A DNA stretch of 64,000 nt. It comes from Octopus bimaculoides. Taxonomy: Eukaryota. This document shows positions 53,702 through 64,000 of this stretch, one piece after another. The first letter of the stretch is position 1. Each line of letters opens with the position of its first letter. The position numbers were made by a program, and so were the translations under genes. The notes beneath the pieces were generated by a model. It saw only the letters and a program-made list of their open reading frames with translations. It made no database searches and had not been told where the DNA came from. Where the stretch lies: assembly GCF_001194135.2 (NCBI RefSeq), contig NC_068999.1:13937936-14001935 (forward strand). The letters run 5' to 3'.

Positions 53702-56700
53702 ATCTACACATTTAGTTAACTTTTTCCTACAAATACATATACACCTCTACTGTTCACATTCCCAATATCTGATGCATATCTCGTTGGATTACGTCAAGCT
53801 GTTCTTAAGCAAATCCCATATACGACAACCCTTAAAAACTATTTATTGGTCTTAGTGGAGTTTCAGTGTTTTGTTTTTAAAACAAAGTTAAAATCGCACA
53901 AAAATCAAGCACGTAAAATTATACAGGAACGTATGGGCACATAAGTGCACATGCACAACCGCAAATAAATACTGGTATACATTCAACCTTCACTTATTGA
54001 AATTCTGTAAGGTTCACGTATGTCTGCAAACGATGTTAAATATTTCGTGCATGCACAGAACGCAATGGAATATTTGCACCTCGAAGTGTTGATTATTCGA
54101 TTTGGATTTCATTTTACTTCTGGATATTTACAATTTGCGTGCGTATAAAGTTTATTTTCTGTTATCAAGTGTTATCTTTCAATAATAGCCACACGTGTTA
54201 CAAATGCACATTGAATCAGCCTTCATAATACCAAAAATAATAATAAAAATAACTATTTGATATTTTCCGAGAAAAAAGATGCTGAAAGATATTTTTTTCT
54301 GGAATGTTTTCGACGTCTTCTCTTTATAACGGGATCAACTGCTAAGATGAATATAAATAAAATCTAGACAATATATGATTCAAACTCTTTTGTTACCAAT
54401 TGCCGTATTTCAAAATGTTTCGGACGATATATATAGTTTAACATTAAATACATATTAATACTCAAAATGAAGTGATATGATTTTGCGTTTATTGAACCTG
54501 TATGTGGAAGAAAATTATAAAATTATCAAGGTGTGTAGCGTGAATTATTTGGAGACGGTCGTTTCAATCATAATTTAGGTATTATCATTTGTATATTCTC
54601 ATGTGAATATCTTCCCTTTTCTATACTATTACGCCCTTCAATCACTCACATTCGGAAATATCGAGATATCTCACACAATTTTATAAGGGCATATCATAGA
54701 AGTTATTCGAATACTGAATATTTTCACATATTCTTTATTTAATCGGTACATGTTTGATAGACAAAAATATGCTAATACAGTCATTCGCGTGCCTGCTGAA
54801 ATATATGCGTCTATGATAAAATACATTCATAAAATTTTAAGTATTCCATAGTTAGCGATGGAGCATGTGTATATTTGCGTGTGTGTGTTCATTTAAACGA
54901 AGGACTTTTATGCAATTTACGTAGCCAAATCACCTTTCATACATTAATGGTTAACTTGTTACTTAAGCAGCAGCAAATGACTGATAGTACCGGAAAGTGA
55001 GTTTAACCAGTAAGCAGGTTTTTAAAAAGCATACATGTTTCGGGTAAATACAACAAAAGTTAACGTTTTGCAGAGGTTATATTTTACCATATAAGGAAGG
55101 CCCATTTTAGATGAGCAGAAATATCTAATCATAGACACAGAAGTGTTGTAGATCATTATCTGACACTTTTGTTTATGTTTCATAGAATATCAAAATCAAT
55201 GCAGTGAGTTTGCATTATTTGCTTACATACTTTTAAATTTCCACATCGAACTGTAGAATAAATTTGAATCTAGTTAATGAAAGTTTGAATCTAATTAATG
55301 AAAATGTTTTCTGCATTCTATTTGTAAAGTGTATATTTTTCTCAAATGGACTATATATCTTCGATTACAGGGATATGATAAATATTAACAACTACGTGAT
55401 ATAGTTTACAGTATTTTCTCCCTTTCATTGCATATATATATATCTATATATCTATATCTACGTATGTGTGTGTGTGTGTGTCTATGCGTGTGTGTGTGGA
55501 TGTATATATGTATGTATGTCTATGTAAGTATATATGTACGCATGTATGTATGAATGTATGTGTGCATGTAATAATTCTTCTATATATAAACACATAAAAT
55601 GCCTAAGGAAATATGAATAAAATTGCAAAATGGTTATTTGAGATATCATCGTTCAAATAATAGAACACTTTATTTATTCTTCTTCATGGAAAGTTTATCT
55701 ATAACAAAATATTTCCCGATAAATCTTTCCACACTATTGATTGCTTTGAACATATGAAATAAAGTGGAAATATATTTTAAAGTCGATGATAAATTTCCTC
55801 TACCAGATAAATTGTTAAATCTATAAAGGTTTCCATTTGCTTCGTGATATTCTTTGTGAAGGATATACATATTGGAAATATGACACACAATCCATCGTTT
55901 CGAACTCTAAACATCTTAAAACGCAAACTAAACAAATTCACACAGATAAATGAAAATAAATGTACATCGTTACATTCATGAAATACACATATGTATGCAT
56001 TTGTCTATGTGTGTCTGTGAATCTCTTTGTTTATACAAATGCCTAAATATGTGCGCATATATTAGTCACGTATGTGTGTGAGAAACCGTCTCTGTAGGTG
56101 TGCCTATGTGTCTATAGACACCGTTTATTGCTGGAGAGTACTAAAAACACTCAAAATACTCAGTGACATACTTGCGAGGGAATTATTTCGTTAAATTTGT
56201 TCCAGTACTTGGTTATTTACGTGAGTATTGAATATTGAACATATATACATTTATATAAATTCCGAATTCAAGAATTTTGCCAATTCAAGACTCTTTAGGG
56301 TATGAGAGCATTCTGTTATAATCAATGCTCATCACTTACGTAATTTCCACATTTATTCCAAATAGGAACATGGTTTTAACAAGTCATAGAGAGTGTCTTT
56401 AGCGACTTAAAAATACAACACAAAGGAACCAATGTATATAAAGGTGTTTGGTACTCTCGTTTCAAACTCCTTTTCACAGTAGGGTATAAGATATGTGGGA
56501 GTAGATTCCAGAGCAAATCTTAAACAAGAAAAACATTAAAATATGTTTCATGCTATGGTGATATGGCTGTTCATTAAATGCGAAATGTTTTTGATTACTT
56601 TGTGTTTATAATTATACTGTCATTATATACCTCTTACAGACTCCAAGATGTTATTCTTAAATACTATGCGAAATAGTCAAAGTCTGGGCTCAGATTTAAT

Positions 56701-56855
56701 AATGAAGGTTGAATATTCATGAGTATTACACGTTGATATTTAGCATCATGTGATATTATTATGCAACTGTAGGTTCTCAAAATTCATCCATTCCCTATAT
56801 TCAAATTGATTTATAGCATCGCGTTAACTTACGTGACAGCCTTCTCGTATTATAG

Positions 56856-56892
56856 GAGAAAAACTACTACGTGCAATCTTGGAATGATTTTG
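56856..56892 (+). CDS. Candidate 37-nt internal exon (EKNYYVQSWNDF)
   Basis: Acceptor CCTTCTCGTATTATAG and consensus donor TG|GTGAGT, with the phase-0 frame open. No homology established. Confidence 0.2.
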
Positions 56893-57639
56893 GTGAGTTC
56901 AGCCTCGAGTAGAATATTCCTATCTATGTCCTCACAATATGAATTGACATTCATTGAAACGTTATTCAACAAAATATAGAAAGATGGATCCCAGAACATT
57001 AATCAATAGATTATTCGATCTTCAAAATAATAAAAACTAGGCAGAAAAGCAGTAATTCAAATGGTGTGTAGTGTAGCTTATATACATTTACACGTGCACA
57101 GACATCACCTCCAAGATTACAGGGCATTAAAATCCAAAGCAGGCAGGTTAAAGAAAAGCATATCTGTATCGAAAAATCATATTGTCAGAAAGGAGAGCAA
57201 GTAAGGATCTAACTCACATATATTGGTAACCGCCTAGATTCGTATATATGAGTTTATCAGAAATGGTTTTATTCCTAGCAAAATGCTACAATTGAAAGGA
57301 ATAGGTATCGCATTTTAATAGAATTAGTTGCTCAATGTGACATATATTATTCTTCCTAAGAAACGTGAGATCAAAAACTGTTGAAATTACAAGAATATCA
57401 TTAAGCGCGTATGAAATATAAAATTTATTCCAGAGGCTAATCGCTGATAGTTTAAAAAAATGCAGTCTGACATCAAATCTACCGAAAATTCTCACGATGA
57501 ACTGGAGGGGGCAAACATTGAAGGTGAACATATATTTCAAATTATAGAAGTTGTTCACTTTATTTAATGCACAGATGGAACAGGTCTCGGTCTCTCTTGA
57601 CGAAATTAAACACCTTTCGTTTGGAATATTCCACCTCAA

Positions 57640-57900
57640 TTATTCTAATGTATACTAAGTACATATCCAGTGACTTCAATATATCGCTCTTTCCTCCTCT
57701 TCGTTTCATCTATTTCATAAATTGTTGATCATCTTCACTGAGGGGATAACTATTGCAGTCTTCTTGGAAATTGTTATAAAGAACCACTTTTCATCACTTG
57801 TGAAGATTCTACTCATGTGATATTTAGCAGCAAGTATATTCATCCAAAACACACAAAGGCAACCAGCTGATTAAGCTGCGAAGCTCAAGCAGATGGTAAA
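57640..57900 (-). mobile_element. Internally deleted mariner relic
   Basis: Minus strand RIFTSDEKWF at 57783-57810 matches the mariner first catalytic Asp motif (IxTxDEKW). Confidence 0.6.
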
Positions 57901-57984
57901 GGATCCGGAGCAATGTTTACACATGGTCTCTAGTTCAAAAATATATTTTTATGATGAATATGTATCTTAAATTCAATTGTTATT

Positions 57985-58060
<76 letters not shown>

Positions 58061-58087
58061 ATGTGTGTGTGTGTTCGTGTGTGTGTG

Positions 58088-58985
58088 TGTATGTGTGGGC
58101 CCTTGAAACCCAAGCTATTGCAGTACATGGTCCTCGCCTTATATGATACAGCTGGGACATTTGCAACAGTGCAGTGACGTCCATTTCGGGGTCTGGTACA
58201 ACTCTCAATCAAAAGGTTTGGTGCCAACCACTCCAGTATCTCCTTCTATACACATATCACAGCGTACCTCTTCCGTCTTCGCTCCAGGAAGTAGAGAGGT
58301 AGCTCTTTCAGTCTCTCCTAGTAGTTCAGCTGTTCCATTGATGCAATAATCCTCGTGTAGAGTCTTAGAACCGCCTTAAGTTCTGCTGTTAATTTTACAA
58401 CTGCTCTCCATAGGACCAGCATAGTGTCCTAGTCATTTGTGCTAAAGATTCTTAGAAATGAAGCGGCATGCGCCTGCACTCTGCCACCGTCTTCTTGACA
58501 TGCATGTGAAAGGAGACATCGTAGCTCATATCAGTCAAAACATCTCGGACGTCTGTGATTCTTAGATTCATATCCTTTTGGTCCAAAATATCGCTGTTAT
58601 GACTTCACAGGACCAATTATCTGGTAGAGGATATCTTGGATTTTTCTGCATTGAATTGCATGTTGTCCTCTTGACATTTATATATGGTATCTACTTATTC
58701 TGTAGAAGATTAGCATCAGAATGTTCCCTGACTTCTTTTACTACTTTTGTCGGCATAGCTAGTAAGTATGACTATCTGTCTTACTGATGGCATGTCTAAA
58801 AGAATCATCATGAACAACTGTGGCGCCAGTACACTTACTTGAGGCACTCCACTCTCTATTAATATCTCCGTGGCAAGGGCTCTGTGGTTGCTACAACCTG
58901 GCTCCTGTCTTCTGGAGCAGTACAGCGACGTCCATTTCGAGGTCTCCATTCCAAAGTCTGGTGCCAGCCCATCCAGTATCTTCCA
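58088..58985 (-). mobile_element. CR1/L2-type LINE ORF2 (RT and C-terminus), decayed
   Basis: [15 protein letters not shown]...LTSYAD, NMQFNAEK, VRD..TDMSYDVSFHMHV, ERLKELPLYFLERRRKRY and MYCNSLGFKGP. Confidence 0.85.
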
Positions 58986-61900
58986 TATGTATATCTATCT
59001 ATCTATCTATCTATCTACCTATATACATACATATATATATGCGTATCTGTATATATGTTTATATATATATATATATATATATATATGCATACATACACAC
59101 ATGTGTATATGTATATATACGTATACAAAGTCTTACGGATGTTTGTGCGCGCACTTGCGTTTCTACCACCGTGCGATATTTTCAATAGGCAGTTAAAAAT
59201 GTGACTACTCCGAAACACTCCAATGAAGCAAAAATTATATATATATATATTTCGTATCAGCAGCTTGTGTAACGAATTTTCTTATGAGCTCAAAACCATC
59301 AATTTGTACGTATATTGAGTTCATTTTATCCTGCTGATTGTTATGGGAAAGCAATTACAATTTTATTCAAGTTCCTGAGATTACAGTTATGAGTCTTTTA
59401 GTTGCTTATTCAATGTTCCTGTTGATTTGAACTTCTTTTCTTTTTCCCTTAAAAATAAATCTTCTGTTTTTACAACGATATTCTACTTTCTGACGTGTGT
59501 TGTAAGAGATCTTTAATGAATAGAAATAAATCAACATGAAATATTACGCCACTCTATAATAAGCACCTATAGGTGAATTAATAAGTATTTGCATCTTAGA
59601 ACAGCATTTACAAAATTATATTTAGAACAAATGGCATAAATTGTCGGATAACTTCTTACGGTGTATACATTAGAAAAGGTAATGTGAGACATTGAATATA
59701 TTAAAGATGCTCTCTCAGAATAACATGTGACATTTAAAAGACGTTTCAATAATTTTAGAAATTGTATTTAAAATCAAGAAATCAGTAAATTTTGTCTTGT
59801 CCATATTGTAGCACCAGGTGGAATCATAGTGCCATATTCCACGACGTCAGCGTCAACAGGCCTATTTGTGATTGAATGACATTCAAGCATAGCCATATTG
59901 TGATTTCGTATATCTGCACAATATTATTGAAAGTGTTCTTCCCTTGTTAATGTCATTCGACTGAGCTCTTCTCTTATTACTAGCGCCGAATCCTACCCTT
60001 TAGAAAGAAACCCTTCCTTGTTACTCTATTTCATTTGGTGTTGCTGTTATTATTAATGCTTAACCACAAATCAGAGAACAATTTATGCAGTTGTTTACCC
60101 ATATTTCCATCATATACTTTTCAAATTATGTGCAACAGATTAATAGAATCCGCTATTGATTTACATATTTAAAATTTCAGTTTTGAGTTCATAGTTACTA
60201 AGCTGATTGCTCTTATTATTAGCAGTGTTGTTAAGGAAGTATGTATGTGGTTCGTGAACTATCAAATACATTGCCGATCGTCATTCGATTTACCTCAATG
60301 CTTTTCATCTGCCCGTGTCTGGCAAAAGAATGACCCACCCAGCTACATATTTAAAGCCATACGTTGTTCCATTTTTTACTTCATTTTGAACATTATAACT
60401 ATTGTAAGACATGATTAGTAATATTGTTGTTATCCTCACATTATACTTGATTAAGCGCAATTATCATGAAAATTATTCTAATGAAGTACATGATCTTACT
60501 AAGGTAACTGGACTAGATATACTATTTTTGATATTTTCATTCGTGAAGGTCAATAAGGTGTGGCATGAGATTTGGATTCTATTTCTACTAGATTAATTAA
60601 TCATTGAGACATTTCTCTGTATTCCTTGTTAAAAATAATTTAGTTTTTTCTGATCATTAACATCACATATTGTGTGCTGCTGTTATTTCTGGAATGGATG
60701 CAATTTCCATTGTTTTCCTGATCTTTCTTCTGTAATCGTATCTGTTGTTTTCTCTATTTTCGTTGTTACTGAGAATACATTGTGTATATATGTTTTTTAA
60801 TTGTTGTAGCCACGTTTATCTTCTTACGTTGAATATAACGTTATATATATATATATTGGCCTTTTATTGCAAATACTTTTATATTGTCGTTTCTCATGTT
60901 ATGATTATATGATAATATAAAAGTTCTACATTTTGTTTCATTTCAGCATTCTCTTAAGATCTTGCGCCTATACACAATGATGATGGTGTGGTGATTCGCT
61001 ATCGATATTGTTATCGGTGTCGATAGTAATATCGAATTTTGCTCTTATTGTTTTCACTATTGTGTATCCAATTGTTATGTGTGTTCCCCACTTCAATCAT
61101 ATTGTTGGATGTTCCGTTTCGAGCAAAAAAAATATCGAGAGAGAAAATATCCAAACGTCAGTGGTCCTTTTTTTCCATGAATCGTAACCTTAGTGGTTTT
61201 GATCTTTTGATCTTCCGTATTTTAAATCTCCCATTAAAGTTAGTAGCTTCAATAAACAATAAAGATACAATTTGTGGTTTGATGATATTTATTATTTGTT
61301 ACATGGAATGGCTTCCTTATGTATGCATAGCGAATTTATTTTTTCTATCTATTCCTCAGTTACTTCAAAACTATATACAAGTAGAGAAAAACAGCTTTCT
61401 CTGAAACAATACGGAATGATTCTCTTTGAATGTATGCGCGGAGATATTCAAGCATCACCCTTCGTCAGGCACTAAAGTACCCATACACACAATTACAGAT
61501 ATATAAAACGCATATACAACAGCATATAGAGATTTACATATGTTTACGTAAGCGTTTGCGTATCCATTTGTTTTAACAGTCCCTGACAAACAGACACAGT
61601 TTGCATTTCTTTCTCTCCTGGTTCTCAAAGGCTATATATGTATATACTAAGATACATGCGCTCATACACGCATATACACACCTGCATGACAGATACGTAT
61701 CTTTGGATTGCAAGAGATATAAAAAGATTGGATTTAGTGTTGCAGGCAAAAACGAACGAAATAATGCACACACTTTCGCAACGAATACCAATAAATATAA
61801 TACTTTATAGTTCGTAGTTACACAGAGTTTCACACAAAATCTGTTTCCAAGCAGATAATATGAGGAAGTTCTATAAATACACTCTGTGCCACCGTGGCCT

Positions 61901-62089
61901 TGGAACTGATCGGGAAATCAATCTAAAAAATAAAATGGAATAAACTAATACTGAACTCATAGATATTTATAAATACATCTGTATATGTATATGTGCTTGT
62001 ATGAGTATGTAAACATTCTTATGCATATACGTATATGAGTATATAGTCATACGCAAGTATATGTATGTACTTATATATATATACATACA

Positions 62090-62124
<35 letters not shown>

Positions 62125-63474
62125 GTATGTATGTATACACACACATATATATACATACACACCCATACAGTGGGAATCCAAGCATACTAGATAAAACACT
62201 TGGATGTGCGTTACTATATGTTGAATCTTTCTCTGCAGCTCAGCATTGACAACACCTAAATTTAAATCCAGCTATCCACACCTTGTTCAGAACCTCAAAC
62301 GTATTGTAACATATTCCTGCATGCCTCCACCGGTACCTTCACCAAGACTTCTGCAATGCTCTCTAAATCACACATCTTATTTTCAGTTCCCTGCATTTAG
62401 CATTATGAAATTCTGCCTCTAGTTTCATCCATAAGTTCATAATCTCTTTGACATATCCCCAATATCCGTATGTCTATAGCCTCTTGATACATATTTGAGC
62501 CACTAGAATCTGCAGTTCTCCTTTCATAAATCTAGCATGGGATTTTGTGTTCATTTCTTAACTTCAAAATTTACTCTTCATCTGTGGGTGCGTCCTAATG
62601 TTGTCTGCTATGACAGACTGAACGCAGCACTTCTGAATGCTTTAAAATGATTGGGCGAAATGAGTCCTACTGAAAATGTGGTCGGTCTTGATCTGTTCTG
62701 TAGTATGTAACATTAAATTGTAGATATTTCGGATATCCTAAAGCTTGAAGTGTAACATGGCATTCTGTAGGAACTCCTCATTCGTACTGTTTGATGTCGT
62801 TGTCAAACCAGCAGCTAGTATCGTAGCCATTTTGTAATTACTCGGTATCTCAGTTACCTTGCGGTCCTGCCCCTATTCACAACAACAACGTTTATAACTA
62901 TTCTCTCTTCGTCATACACAGAATAATGTCTCACCATATGGTTCCAGCAACCACATCGCACTTAGTTATCATATTGCTTTCAATTTAAATTCCAACACGA
63001 AATTCATTGTAAAGAAACTTGTTCTAGTTTGATCCCATCTACCAGTCATTCAATAACATTTCAGGGGTAGAAACTGAGATTTTCAAATTCTTACCTGAGT
63101 CATTTTCCTCTGGAATGAGACGAATTTTCTTACATCAAACTCCGCCTCATTCTACTTGATCCCCTAATTTCTTTTACGTATGTTAATGTCAGATTATAAA
63201 ATATATTCTTAATTCCCAGAGAATAATTATTTTGTAGTCTCAATGTGCATATATCCATCCATTCGTGACCGCAACTAGCTATTGATCGAACACTTGATAG
63301 CTCTCAATGTACTATCTCCAAATTATTTCCATCAATTTACTCTAAGCTTGAAATTAGCCATTCGATATCTTTAGCAGACCATTCAGGCAAGCAGTCATTT
63401 CTGTAATCAATAACTTCAACTCCCCATCTCTCTTATGCATACACACTGCTCATCTTAGTCATCGAACACTTCAT

Positions 63475-63757
63475 GATAGACATGAGCACTATCTTTTGAA
63501 CTTCACCCATTTTGGGGTTTCCTGGTATCTGAGCTAGGTAGTGATCAGCCCGTTTCGCTGTCATTCCCAGGGTACCTATGACAATAGGTATTGTTTTCGT
63601 CTTCAGATTCCACATTTTGCTAATTTCTATTTCAAGATCTTTATATTTGCTCAGTTTTTGGTAGGTCTTGACAGATACGTTTATATCGATTGGGACAGTC
63701 ATATCAACGAGGAGGCATGATTTTTGTCTGAAGTCTCTCAGTATGATGTCTGGCCAG
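63475..63757 (-). mobile_element. R4/Dong-clade RLE-domain fragment
   Basis: PDIILRDFRQKSCLLVDMTVPIDINVSVKTYQKLSKYKDLEIEISKMWNLKTKTIPIVIGTLG...VQKIVLM is a PD-(D/E)xK-type RLE related to 25439-26063. Confidence 0.9.
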
Positions 63758-63758
63758 G

Positions 63759-64000
63759 AAGGCGGCGAGCTGGCAGAAACGTTAGCACACCGGGCGAAAT
63801 GCTTAACGGTATTTCGTCTGCCGCTACGTTCTGAGTTCAAATTCCGCCGAGGTCGACTTTGCCTTTCATCCTTTCGGGGTCGATTAAATAAGTACCAGTT
63901 ACGCACTGGGGTCGGTATTATCGACTTAATCCGTTTGTATGTCCTTGTTTGACCCCTCTGTGTGTAGCCCCTTGTGGGCAGTAAAGAAATAAGAAATAAG
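63759..64000 (+). mobile_element. Well-preserved tRNA-derived SINE
   Basis: A-box-like TGGCAGAAACG, B-box-like GAGTTCAAATTCC, core GTCGACTTTGCCTTTCATCCTTTCGGGGTCGA..AAATAAGTACCAGT, and an AAGAAAT-repeat tail. Confidence 0.9.

Noticed and set aside
61002-61035. 15-bp hairpin with a 4-nt loop
   Set aside because: It is too short for a pre-miRNA and does not extend into the flanks.
61039-61404. 121-aa hydrophobic ORF, and similar ORFs at 3878, 6830 and 57286
   Set aside because: Phe/Ile/Leu-rich composition is expected from AT-rich non-coding DNA, and no domain motifs are present.
62230-63050. Possible decayed LINE on the minus strand
   Set aside because: I could not recover any diagnostic RT or endonuclease motif.
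63759-63850. tRNA gene call from A/B boxes
   Set aside because: There is no cloverleaf, and it continues into the SINE core, so it is a SINE head.

Overview
AT-rich eukaryotic genomic DNA from a short-read assembly, with 16 N-gaps (about 6 kb), most flanked by (AT)n runs. The SINE families, microsatellite load and TE mix point to an octopod cephalopod (inference). No host gene can be identified with confidence, and almost all ORFs in the supplied track are microsatellite or gap artefacts. There are no prokaryotic-type features such as CRISPR arrays or rRNA operons. The window is mostly decayed mobile elements: a nearly full-length Gypsy LTR retrotransposon (24.9-29.5 kb) with nested insertions, a separate Gypsy protease/RT relic, Tc1 and mariner relics (one folded back on itself), Penelope-like elements with hammerhead-like tails, R4/Dong-clade RLE fragments, a CR1/L2-type LINE, a MITE, a Helitron-like element and about 10 tRNA-derived SINEs. 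The most unusual item is an ORF1-only non-LTR element (38.4-40.45 kb): an RRM/zinc-knuckle frame with no ORF2, a 261-bp tandem duplication, a 3' stem-loop and a triplet tail. A few splice-signal-bounded exon candidates are listed at low confidence.
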